From assembly GCA_041920275.1 (NCBI GenBank), contig JAYRSE010000001.1:2004-66003 (forward strand): DNA of 64,000 nucleotides, written 5' to 3'. The stretch's first letter is position 1. Each line of letters starts with the position of its first letter. Shown one piece after another: positions 16,906 through 26,700 of this stretch. The DNA is from Minisyncoccota bacterium (lineage in GTDB: Bacteria; Patescibacteriota; Minisyncoccia; Phycocordibacterales; UBA12088). The notes under the pieces are model-generated. The model did no database searches, was not told the DNA's origin, and worked only from the letters and a program-made list of their open reading frames with translations. Both the position numbers and the translations under genes were made by a program.

Positions 16906-18213
16906 ATGTCCCGCGATACGTTGCACAAGGTGTTTTGGAACGGGCTATTCGTCGCCAATCTGTACGCGATCGGGTATATATGGTTTCTGGGGAGTGCGGA
17001 CCTCCTCCGTGGCGACACCTCGGATGTCCTCGTGGCGCTCGGGCGATTTGCCGGTCTTCTGCTCCAGTACCTCATTCTGGTCGAGCTTGTGCTCGTGAGC
17101 CGTCTGCCGGCGCTGGAACGACTGTACGGCTTCGATAAACAGAATGTGGTGCATCGCAGGATCGGCTACTTTCTGATCGGTTTCCTCCTCGCACATCCGG
17201 TGCTTCTTTCCTTCGGGTACGGCCTCGGTATGGAACGAAGCGCTTCGGAGCAGTTCGCACGCTTCGTGTCCGACTGGGACGGTGTCATGGCGGCGACTGT
17301 CGGAGTCGTACTCATGGTTGTGGCGGGTACCCTTTCGATGCCGAAGGTGCGCAAGTTGGTGTCGTACGAGTTTTGGTATTTTTCCCATGTGCCACTGTAC
17401 CTTGCGGTGGCACTTGCGTTCGATCACCAGCTCTCTTCGGGTGATGTGGCGCAAGGAGGGCCGTTTGCTTACTGGCTTGTGATCAATTTCGCGGTGTTCG
17501 GTGCGGTCTTGATCTATCGATTTTTAGTACCCTTGTATCGGAATTGGAGGCATCGCTTTCGTGTTGCGCGGGTCGTGCGCGAGACGGACGCGGCGGTGTC
17601 CGTGTATCTCACCGGCATCCGGATGGGAGAGTTTCGGTTCGAAGCGGGGCAGTGGGTGCGTGTGCTCTTCATGCAACGGACGATGTGGCACGGGCACCCG
17701 TTCTCTCTTTCCGCGCCGTACGACGGAAAGGAGCTTCGACTCACGATCAAAGCGCTCGGCGATTGGACGAGTAGGGCGGGCGAGCTGTGTAAGGGGGTGC
17801 GGGTGTGGGTCGAAGGACCGCTCGGTACGTTCACGCTCTCTCACGCAAAGACTCGGAAGTACCTCTTCGTTGCGGGAGGGATCGGGATCACTCCCATCGT
17901 TGCCATGCTGCGCACGCTTTCTCCGGATGCGGACGCGATCTTTCTGTACGGTGTGCGTGCTCGCAAAGACCTCCTGTTCACCAAAGAGCTTTCGAAGTGC
18001 TCCGTTCGGGGTACGGTCTTCCTTTCCGACGAATCGGTCGAGGGGTTCGAGGTCGGCAGGATCACTGTGGAGCGCATCCATACGGCATGCCCGGATATCC
18101 TTACCCGCGATGTGTATCTTTGCGGGCCTCCGGCAATGGTCAGTGGATTAAAAAGGGAGCTTATCGAGGCCGGTCTTCCGTACGAACAGCTTCATTTCGA
18201 AGCGTTCGGCTAG
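16906..18213 (+). CDS. ferric reductase-like TM domain + FAD/NAD(P)-binding oxidoreductase
   Basis: TM histidines, HPFS, EGPLG, AGGIGITP, YLCGPP, EAF. Confidence 0.88.
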   Translation: MSRDTLHKVFWNGLFVANLYAIGYIWFLGSADLLRGDTSDVLVALGRFAGLLLQYLILVELVLVSRLPALERLYGFDKQNVVHRRIGYFLIGFLLAHPVLLSFGYGLGMERSASEQFARFVSDWDGVMAATVGVVLMVVAGTLSMPKVRKLVSYEFWYFSHVPLYLAVALAFDHQLSSGDVAQGGPFAYWLVINFAVFGAVLIYRFLVPLYRNWRHRFRVARVVRETDAAVSVYLTGIRMGEFRFEAGQWVRVLFMQRTMWHGHPFSLSAPYDGKELRLTIKALGDWTSRAGELCKGVRVWVEGPLGTFTLSHAKTRKYLFVAGGIGITPIVAMLRTLSPDADAIFLYGVRARKDLLFTKELSKCSVRGTVFLSDESVEGFEVGRITVERIHTACPDILTRDVYLCGPPAMVSGLKRELIEAGLPYEQLHFEAFG

Positions 18214-18313
18214 GGTCGCACAGTTCGGAACACCCGGTGTGGCGAATATGATGCGATGAGCAGTGTTCATGCTACCGTTGCGCACTTTGTGGTGACACGG
18301 TATCGTACCGTGC

Positions 18314-19336
18314 ATGGAATGGCAAAAGGTACAATCGGTATTGGCGCACGAGCCGAAGTTTCGGATCGAGCAGGTACGCAAGGCGGTCTTCGTCGATCTT
18401 GTGGAAGATTGGAGCCGAGTGACGGTGCTTCCCGCACCTTTGCGCGAGAAGCTCTCCGAGGAGTGCCCGCTTACGATACCTGCGGAGAAGTTGGTATCGG
18501 CCGATGGTAAGACCGTGAAGGCGCTTATCGCTCTTGCGGACGGTAAACGCATCGAGACCGTGCTCATGCGCCACGGTGACCGCAACACGGTGTGCGTGTC
18601 GACGCTTGTCGGGTGCCCCATGGGGTGCACCTTTTGTGCGACCGGCACCATGGGGATGGTGCGCAAGCTCGCCGCCGACGAGATCGTGTTGCAGGTACTC
18701 TATTTCGCGCGGTACCTTCATGCGGAACATGCTCGTGTGGGCAGTGTGGTCTTTATGGGGATGGGTGAGCCCTTTTTAAACTACGAGGCGGTGATGGAGT
18801 CGATACGCATACTGAACGATCCGAAGCTATTCTGCATCGGCGCGCGCCACATCTCCATTTCGACCTGCGGTATCTTGGATGGGATAGCGCGGCTCGCCGA
18901 AGAGGACCTGCAGGTGAATCTCGCGATATCGCTTCACGGAAGCAACGATGCCGTGCGTGCAAAACTTATGCCGATCGCACGCACGTACCCCATTGCGGAT
19001 CTGCTCAAAGCGGTCGACGCCTATACCGCAAAGACCAAACGCAAGGTGATGTTCGAGTACTTGCTTGTCGACGGAGTGAACGATGCGGACGAGCATGCAC
19101 GAGAGCTTGCGGTGCTCATGAACCGGCCACTCTCCATGGTGAACTTGATCTCATACAATCCGACGGGAAAGTACACCGCCTCGAGCGAAAAGCGGATCGA
19201 GCATTTTCGAGATATCTTGCGCAGTGCGGGAGTGGAAGCGACCATCCGTTTCCGATTCGGGCGTGACATCGAAGGGGCGTGCGGGCAGCTTGCGACCGAA
19301 AAGGTTGTGGACACAAAAAACAATCCGCCGGCGTGA
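18314..19336 (+). CDS. rlmN: 23S rRNA/tRNA m2A radical SAM methyltransferase
   Basis: GCPMGCTFCATG, MGMGEP, SLH, DIEGACGQL. Confidence 0.95.
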   Translation: MEWQKVQSVLAHEPKFRIEQVRKAVFVDLVEDWSRVTVLPAPLREKLSEECPLTIPAEKLVSADGKTVKALIALADGKRIETVLMRHGDRNTVCVSTLVGCPMGCTFCATGTMGMVRKLAADEIVLQVLYFARYLHAEHARVGSVVFMGMGEPFLNYEAVMESIRILNDPKLFCIGARHISISTCGILDGIARLAEEDLQVNLAISLHGSNDAVRAKLMPIARTYPIADLLKAVDAYTAKTKRKVMFEYLLVDGVNDADEHARELAVLMNRPLSMVNLISYNPTGKYTASSEKRIEHFRDILRSAGVEATIRFRFGRDIEGACGQLATEKVVDTKNNPPA

Positions 19337-19368
19337 GCCGACGGATAGATGGAATATTTCTACGGTTT

Positions 19369-19635
19369 CTACGGGATGATGCACTTTATTATGCCGCATC
19401 CCACCTGCAAATTTAGTACCCCCCCGTCTTTTTCTCTGACCTGTGCGTTGCAGTTGTTGTGAACGCAATTGATGACCTGCACCTGCTCCGGGGGCACCTC
19501 GTACAAGTCGGAGAGATAGTCAGCTGCCCTCTGTGCGGGCGGAACTACCGTGCGGTAGAAGAGCGCCCACACGAATACAGCGATCACCATGATCAGCGCG
19601 ATGCTAATCAAAGAAACTTCGTTGGTTTTTCCCAC
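19369..19635 (-). CDS. small membrane-anchored Cys-containing hypothetical protein
   Basis: GAGGTG SD, consensus promoter upstream, TM segment, four Cys. Confidence 0.6.
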   Translation of the reverse strand: MGKTNEVSLISIALIMVIAVFVWALFYRTVVPPAQRAADYLSDLYEVPPEQVQVINCVHNNCNAQVREKDGGVLNLQVGCGIIKCIIP

Positions 19636-19668
19636 TGCGTCACCTCTTTTGATTGCTTAAACTCTTTA

Positions 19669-19697
19669 GATTATAACATTAATCTATTATCTTTGCA
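19669..19697 (-). promoter_or_regulatory. sigma70 promoter
   Basis: Minus strand TTGCAA-17 nt-TATAAT, AT-rich. Confidence 0.7.
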
Positions 19698-19799
19698 ATA
19701 CCACGTGCTCACGATAGCCACTCGTCTGCGGGACTTGAGAAGTCGATGGTATGGAAAAGTGAAAGAGAAATATTTACGCTCGCGTAGTACACTGTATCC

Positions 19800-20366
19800 G
19801 TGGAACAATGTGATGGACAGACCGACGAAGAACTGATGAGGCGCGTGCCGGACGAACGCGAAGTGTTTGCGTGCATCATTCGTCGGTACGAGGACAAGCT
19901 CCGGCGTTATTTGAAGCGCGTGATGCCGTGGATGGGAGATGAGACCGAAGATGTGCTCCAAGAGATCTTCATCAAAGTGTACGTGCATGCACGCGGTTTT
20001 GATACCACACTCTCGTTCTCTTCATGGGTGTATCGGATCGCGCACAACGAAGCGGTGAGCTGGTTGCGCAAGAAAAAAGCCCGGCCGGAGACGGTCGAGT
20101 TGGGTGAGGACGAAGTGCAGACCTTCCTTGAGAGTGTCGAGGTGGCGCGTGACCACGCGGAGGAGCGTTTGACCCGCGATGCGGTCGCTCGAGTACTTGC
20201 GCGTATGCGGGAGAAGTACCGTGCGGTGCTCGTACTGCGCTTCTTGGAAGGCAAAACGTACGAGGAGATAGGTGACATTCTCACCGTACCGAACGGGACC
20301 GTTGCCACGTTGGTGCACCGAGCAAAAAAAGAATTTAGCAGTCTATATGACACCCACCATGCTTGA
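19800..20366 (+). CDS. ECF RNA polymerase sigma factor
   Basis: EDVLQEIFIKVY, FSSWVYRIAHN, TYEEIGDIL..GTV..HRAK. Confidence 0.92.
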   Translation: MEQCDGQTDEELMRRVPDEREVFACIIRRYEDKLRRYLKRVMPWMGDETEDVLQEIFIKVYVHARGFDTTLSFSSWVYRIAHNEAVSWLRKKKARPETVELGEDEVQTFLESVEVARDHAEERLTRDAVARVLARMREKYRAVLVLRFLEGKTYEEIGDILTVPNGTVATLVHRAKKEFSSLYDTHHA

Positions 20367-21114
20367 TCGAACATCACTTGCCGAACGTGTCTTCGAGACC
20401 ATCGACACGCGCGGTGTGGAGCCGAAGCCGCACTGGCATTTTCTACTCCACGAGTGGGTGGTATGGGGAATCGCATGCGTCATGTTCCTCTTGGGAAGTG
20501 TCGCGACGGCGCTTTCGTTGTATATTGTCGAGGCTTCCTTCTTTGTTGAACGTCACATCGCACAGACGGACCTCGGCCGCATTTTCGGGATGTTGCCGTG
20601 GGTGTGGTTGGTGCTTATCGTCGTGGCGGTCGCGTATGCGGTGTACGCCCTCTCGTCGACCGAGCATGGGTACCGATGGCACGTCGGCTACTTGGTACTC
20701 GCGGCACTTTTTTTGAGCGTTTGCGCAGGATATGCGCTCAACCGGTTCGGTATGGGTGAAGCGATCGATCGGTACTTGCTCACCCAGGTCGCACTGTACC
20801 GTCCGATGTCCGGCTTTTTTCCCGAGCACTGGATGAACGTCTCCGAGGGAAGGTGGGTGGGTGTGGTCGCAGACGAGGTCGACCCGAACGTCTTCGTGCT
20901 ACACTCCATCGATGGGACGGTGTGGAACGTGCGGGTGACCGACGAGACCGTGTACCGAGGATTACAAGACGTCCATGAGTATATGCGGGTGCGGGTGGTC
21001 GGCACCAGCACCGAAGAGGGTATGTGCGAAGCGTACGAGGTGCACACCTTCCGCGGCCGCGGGGGAGGGATGCGCCGAGAACATGCCCAACCTGTGCTCT
21101 TGTTCACCTTTTGA
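20359..21114 (+). CDS. membrane protein, probable anti-sigma factor
   Basis: Overlaps sigma stop (ATGCTTGA); 3 TM segments plus C-terminal beta-rich domain. Confidence 0.65.
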   Translation: MLDRTSLAERVFETIDTRGVEPKPHWHFLLHEWVVWGIACVMFLLGSVATALSLYIVEASFFVERHIAQTDLGRIFGMLPWVWLVLIVVAVAYAVYALSSTEHGYRWHVGYLVLAALFLSVCAGYALNRFGMGEAIDRYLLTQVALYRPMSGFFPEHWMNVSEGRWVGVVADEVDPNVFVLHSIDGTVWNVRVTDETVYRGLQDVHEYMRVRVVGTSTEEGMCEAYEVHTFRGRGGGMRREHAQPVLLFTF

Positions 21115-21123
21115 TCCAATCCC

Positions 21124-21260
21124 ATACCATATTCAACTAACCTGCAGGATGCTCCGCCGGCATGCTTCACAAGAGACCTTCTAGGGCGCTTACCCGGTCT
21201 TAGTCTCTTGTGAAGCATCCCGGCTTTGCCCATAATCGTATTCCTTGTGGTCAGTTGGGG
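21124..21260. repeat. palindromic MITE/ERIC-like element, copy C
   Basis: Left TIR ATACCATATTCAACTAACC 21124-21142; stem ATGCTTCACAAGAGAC/GTCTCTTGTGAAGCAT around CTTCTAGGGCGCTTACCCGGTCTTA. Confidence 0.75.
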
Positions 21261-21381
21261 GGAACAATGGTCCTTTGAAGGGTTCCGTGATGGTGCCGAG
21301 GTGGTACCCTTCGATTCGTGCGGTCACATCATAACGAGTCTCCACACCTCGTCGATCTCTTCTCGTGCAGTGGTCGGGGCA

Positions 21382-21579
21382 TCACCGCTTTGGTGCACCT
21401 GACACGCGCGCCCACCAGTTCGTCATGGGACAGTTACCGGTGATACCCGCACGAACAAGTCCGATGCCCATGAGGCCCGGGAGTACGAGCGGGTACCATT
21501 GTTCGGTGATCGCGTATGCCGCAAGAGAAGTAAGTATGATGATGCCGACGGTCAAGTGGGTCTTTTGCAATGGGTTCAT
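21382..21579 (-). CDS. DUF2892 (YgaP-like) small membrane protein
   Basis: Two TM helices, G.GL..AGITGNCPM. Confidence 0.8.
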   Translation of the reverse strand: MNPLQKTHLTVGIIILTSLAAYAITEQWYPLVLPGLMGIGLVRAGITGNCPMTNWWARVSGAPKR

Positions 21580-21606
21580 AATGTGAGTGGTGTGAAGGGT
21601 GTTAGT

Positions 21607-21742
21607 TATATCAACCTAAGAAACCATCAGGAACTCCGCCTGTACACCTGTTTGAGAAACCGCTCCAAGGGCGCTTGCCCGGTCTTAGTCTTTCAAAAAG
21701 GTGCACTGGCATCGTGTCCCATTGGTTAGTCGAATATGGTAT
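21607..21742. repeat. palindromic MITE/ERIC-like element, copy B
   Basis: GAACTCCGCCTGTACACC..GAGAAACCGCTCCAAGGGCGCTTGCCCGGTCTTAG; right TIR GGTTAGTCGAATATGGTAT 21724-21742. Confidence 0.8.
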
Positions 21743-22023
21743 TAATCGATCGAGAGCGCTTCGAGCGCTTGGGCGATATTGCGACTTCGTTCGGGCTCCG
21801 GCAGGTCTGCGCATGTGATGATCTGTGAAGAGATGTACAGCTCCCCGACCTTGCGGAGCGCGCCTCGTGCCGCGCGGATCTGGGAGACGACCTCCTTACA
21901 TCCGTACTGTTCGGGTGATTCGAGCATGCGGCGTATCGCCTGTATCTGGCCACTCGCACGGTTCAGGCGGTGTGCGATACGGTCCATCGATACGGTATTT
22001 TTGTGCGGTACTGGGGCATTCAT
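21742..22023 (-). CDS. CsoR/RcnR/CstR family transcriptional repressor
   Basis: RLNRASGQIQAIRRML..C.EVVSQIRAARGAL..C. Confidence 0.88.
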   Translation of the reverse strand: MNAPVPHKNTVSMDRIAHRLNRASGQIQAIRRMLESPEQYGCKEVVSQIRAARGALRKVGELYISSQIITCADLPEPERSRNIAQALEALSID

Positions 22024-22089
22024 AGGTACTGGTATGGGTATGTTAGATTAAATCTTGTAATTCTGTTTTAAATAATAAGTATTCATCTA

Positions 22090-22121
22090 TTGACAGCAGT
22101 ATACCCCATTGGGTATACTGC
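22090..22121 (+). promoter_or_regulatory. promoter with overlapping CsoR-family operator
   Basis: TTGACA 22090-22095, TATACT 22114-22119; palindrome GCAGTATACCC-CATT-GGGTATACTGC between divergent repressor and pump. Confidence 0.85.
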
Positions 22122-22128
22122 CGCAACT

Positions 22129-23733
22129 ATGCTTGATACACGCATCTTGCGATCCTTCGCTCTGGTGAGTACACACCGAACGGTCGCACTCGTGAGTGCT
22201 GCGGCTCTGTTCGCAGTGGTTCTTTTTGTTGCACTTCCCGACAAGAGTCGCGTGGTGAGCGACGACCAGACGGTGCCCACCCATATCCTTGTCCGTGCGG
22301 AACGGATACCGCTTCCGTTCGAAGGCGTCTTGGTATCAAAGGAGGATGCCGTACTGGCGTCACAGGCGCAGGGTCGCTTGAGCGACTTACCGGCTCGCGA
22401 GGGATCGGTGGTGCATGCCGGCGACGTGCTTGCGGTCGTTGGTCAACCGGTGCTTGCGGCTCAGCGGTCGACGCTGGTCGCCAAGATACGGCTCATGGAA
22501 GAGCAACGTGGACTGGTGGAAGCTGAGCGCGACACCGCTTTGGTGCTCGCGGCGAAGGCGGCGCAAACGAATGCGACCGTTGGTACCGCACAGGTGGCAC
22601 TTACCGATGCGCAGGTGAGCACGGCGGCAAAGGCGCTGCGCGTGACCCTCACACAGCAGTACCTTTCCGCAACCGAGGCGCTGAAATTCCTTGCAGACAC
22701 CGCGGCCCTTTCAACAAGCGAAGTTTCCGAGCTTCGAGTGAAGGCGGCCCGTACGCTTGCCGGCTCCGAGCGTGCGAGCTACTTGGGTCAGCGGGTCATG
22801 ACAGGTGGAAGAGATCGCGGTCTGTATGATGATCTGCAGGCATTAAAAACGGATGAACCCCAGGTACTGCTCGATCTTTCTCAGCGCTTGCTCGACGGTC
22901 TTTCAACACTCGCCCGTGCGTACGAATCGGCCGAACGTAAGGCCTACGAGCGTACCAGTGCTTTGAGCGAAGGTGAGCGTGCACAGTACAACACCTACCG
23001 CAATGCGGTGCGGACCGCACAGGCGTCCGTGGAGGGCGCGCAGGGTATGCTCCGTACCGCGCTTGAGGCACACGAACTTGCGGTCGCAACTGCGGGTGGA
23101 ACACGAACGGTTCGTGATGCGGAACTCGAGCAAGCGAAAGTGGTGCAGGCCGGAGAGATGCGCGTGAGCGGAGCGACGCTTGCGAACCTGTATGCCGAGC
23201 TGCGCGCACTCGACGCTTCACTCGGGGAAGCGGTCGTGAAGGCGCCCTATACGGGTACGATCGTGGAGACATTCGTCGACCCCGGCACCTATGTGGCACC
23301 CGGAACACCGCTCGTGCGCATACAGAGCGCGACCGGTCTCGAGGTGCGTGCTACGATCCCGGGGCGTTATCTGTCTCGAATGACGATCGGTGCGTCCGCG
23401 ACCTTTCGCGATGGGGGAGCTGGAGTGCTTGATCGGATCTCACCGCACGTCGATGAACGTACGGGCGGGGTGACCGCATACATCGTGCTCAATGCGGTGG
23501 AGGCGCCGTATACCACCGGGTCGCACATCCGTGGCGAGCTTGAGCTTGTGGTCGATAAGGATGAGGACGGTGTGTATGGCATCCCGCACCGGTACCTCTC
23601 GTTCGATTGGAGCGGGCCCGTGGTGCGTACCGAAACGAATATGACACTGCCGGTCACGATCGTGCGTGACATGGGACAGGTAGTGTACGTGACCGGTCGG
23701 GACCTTGTAGACGGCCTTGCGCTTGTCCCGTAG
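22129..23733 (+). CDS. RND efflux adaptor (HlyD/MFP) with long coiled coil
   Basis: N-terminal TM, lipoyl halves (EGSVVHAGDVL; VKAPYTGTI..PG.YV.PGTPL). Confidence 0.85.
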   Translation: MLDTRILRSFALVSTHRTVALVSAAALFAVVLFVALPDKSRVVSDDQTVPTHILVRAERIPLPFEGVLVSKEDAVLASQAQGRLSDLPAREGSVVHAGDVLAVVGQPVLAAQRSTLVAKIRLMEEQRGLVEAERDTALVLAAKAAQTNATVGTAQVALTDAQVSTAAKALRVTLTQQYLSATEALKFLADTAALSTSEVSELRVKAARTLAGSERASYLGQRVMTGGRDRGLYDDLQALKTDEPQVLLDLSQRLLDGLSTLARAYESAERKAYERTSALSEGERAQYNTYRNAVRTAQASVEGAQGMLRTALEAHELAVATAGGTRTVRDAELEQAKVVQAGEMRVSGATLANLYAELRALDASLGEAVVKAPYTGTIVETFVDPGTYVAPGTPLVRIQSATGLEVRATIPGRYLSRMTIGASATFRDGGAGVLDRISPHVDERTGGVTAYIVLNAVEAPYTTGSHIRGELELVVDKDEDGVYGIPHRYLSFDWSGPVVRTETNMTLPVTIVRDMGQVVYVTGRDLVDGLALVP

Positions 23734-23772
23734 GTGCGGCTCTTGCGAGAAAGGATGCGAAAAAGCTGTGGT

Positions 23773-26700
23773 ATGAAGCATGAACAGTCACCATTCGGTC
23801 GGAATAATGAAGAAGGGGTACCGACGACCTTGGTGCATGACACGGTTTCCGATTCGAGCGAGGGTTTGAATTGGACGGGCAAGCTTGCGGAGACGTTCGT
23901 CATGAACCGTTCGCTCTCGTTGTTGATCGTGGGACTCGCACTTGCCTTTGGAGTGTTCGGCTTTTTGGCAACGCCGAAGCAGTATAATCCTCAGATCACG
24001 CGTCCCGCGTTCATCGTGGAAGTGTCGTATCCCGGTGCGACCGTAGATGAAGGGTACCGATTGGTTGCGACGGAACTCGTGGAAAAGGTTCAAGCTCTCG
24101 CGGGTGTGGATGAAGTGACCGTGCAGGTCCGTGACGGTGCTTCCATTGCGGCGGTAGTCATTTTTGACGTCGGCTTTTCGAAAGATACGGCAAAGGTCTC
24201 CCTGCAAACCCAACTCGCGCAGCATAGCTACCTGGCGCGTGGCGCCATTCGACAGCCGACGATCCGCGAGCTCGATCCGGACGAGGTTCCCATCCTGACG
24301 GTCCGGATCGTGGGTGCGGAGCATTCGCTCGCTTCACTGCGCGAGCACGCCGTTTCCGTGTCGCACGTACTTGCCGATGTGCCCGGCGTAGCCGAGGTCG
24401 AAGTGCACGGGGGGTATGCACCTGCTCTGGTGGTGGAATTGCTTCCGGAGGAAATGGCTCGCAGTGGTGCATCGCTTGGTGATGTGCAACGTGCACTAGC
24501 GGATGCGAGTACCGAACACTCGCTTCTTGCGTTAGGTGATGGTACGCGTCGCGTGGTCGTGGATATAGAGAATGCGGCTATGACACCCGAGGCCCTGGCG
24601 GAGGTGGGAGTACATCAAAGCGTACGTTTGGGTGATATCGCCCGCATATACGAGGGGACGAAAGAGGTATCATCGTATGTTCGTGCGCTGTATCCGGATG
24701 GTGTGCCGGAAGATGCGATCCTGCTTTCCGTCTCGAAGCGCGGAACGGCGAGTGCTCCGTCCGTGTCTCGGGACGTGCTTGAAGCACTGCGTGCCACACT
24801 CACGAACACCGCACACACGGGCGTCTCATTCGAGGTGATCAACGATGATGGTGCGATGGCAAGTGCGGAGATCGGCGGACTCATGATGAACCTCATCCAG
24901 TCCATCGTGATCGTCGGAGCGGTGCTCATGCTTTTCCTCTCACCGCGCAGTGCGGTGGTGGTGGGACTCTCCATACCGCTCACGATGCTCATCGTGTTCG
25001 GGCTCGGATACTTGGAAGGTCAGACCGTCAATCGCATCACACTCTTTGCGCTCATTTTGTCGCTGGGCCTTTTGGTCGACGCGGCGATCGTGGTCGTCGA
25101 GGCGATCCATACCGCGACCAAGCGGGTATGCTCGGAACAGGCGCGTGTGCGTGCGGTGGTGCGTGCCGTGAACGGCATCGGCGTCGGTCTGTTCCTTTCC
25201 ATGCTCACCAGCGTGGTCGTGTTCATGCCCATGCTGTTCATCACCGGCATGATGGGGCCGTACATGGGCCCCATCGCGTTCTTCGTACCGGCCGCACTTC
25301 TCGTTTCGTTCCTGATCGCGGTCACGGTCATGCCATACTTCGCGCTCTCTTTTATGCGGAGTGATGAAAGGACCACTGCCGCTTCCCGATTCTTCAACGG
25401 TCTCATTGAAACGATCACGCGGCGATACTCGGACCTGTTGTGTTCGATCATCGGCTCGCGAGTGATACAACGGCGCGTGTTGGTGTCCGCGGGTATCGCG
25501 TTTGCGCTCGCGCTTACGTTACCTGTGGCGCAGTTCGTGCATTTCCAAATGCTACCGAAAGCGGATCGTGACCAGTACTTCGTTTACGTTGATATGCCCG
25601 CCGGCACTGATGTTGTCGCGACGCGAGTTGCCGCCGAAGAGGTGGCACGGATCGCACTTGCGGACGAATACGCTCGGTCGGTGCAGCTGTTCGTCGCCGA
25701 TTCCCAGGTGCTGGATTTTAACGGCATGTTCAAGGGGGCGCATGTGCGCACCGCACCGCATCAAGCGACCCTTCGGGTCAACCTGGTACCGAAAGGCGAG
25801 CGGGATGATTCCTCGACCGATATCGTGGAACGTGCGCGTGCGGAGTACGCGGAACACGATGTCGCCTCGAAGGCGGAACGGGTCCGTTTCGTAGAGGACC
25901 CTCCCGGACCGCCGGTGTCCGCAACGTTCGTTGCAAAGGTATTCAGTGGTGAACATGCTGACCGCGTTGCCGTTTCGAACGGACTGTATGAGCTGCTCAG
26001 GGGCGTTTCCGGTATCGTGGACGTTGACGATGGAGCCGAGGAAGGGTACCTGCGGGCGGTACTCACGGTCGATCATGTGGCCGCGCGTTCGTTCGGTGTT
26101 TCGGTCGAAGACATCCACTCGGCACTCACGGTGCTCGGAGCTCCGGTCGAGGGAGCGCAGTACCATGACGCGCATCTTGCGGAATACGCCCCGATAGAGT
26201 TGCGTGTACCCCGTGAAGCGCGGAGTGCCCCGAGCGATCTTTCGTTCGTGACGGTCAGATCGCGGGAAGGTGTACCGGTTCCTCTGGAGTCGCGTGTTGA
26301 CATTCGGTATGAACGGAGTAGGGAGCCGGTGCATACCGAAGGGATGGTGCCGATCCGCTCCGTTACCGCGGAAACACAGGGCAGGTCGATTGTGTATGTC
26401 ATGCTCGAGGTGATGCGAAAGGCGCGAAGCGAAGGGATCGCGGGGTACCACGTCATCGCTTGGGACCTGTTCGGTATGGACCTTAAACGCGACGGGGCCC
26501 GTGTACGGATCGAGTGGGGTGGAGAGTGGGAGATGACTCTGGAGAATTTTCGCGATCTCGGTCTTGCGATGCTTGCCGCCATCTTCTTTGTATACGCGAT
26601 ACTGGTCGCGCAGTATCGCACGTTCCGCACACCCGGGCTTATCCTTACCACGGTGCCGCTCGGTTTGGTGGGAATACTCGCGGGCTTTTCGGTGCTCGAC

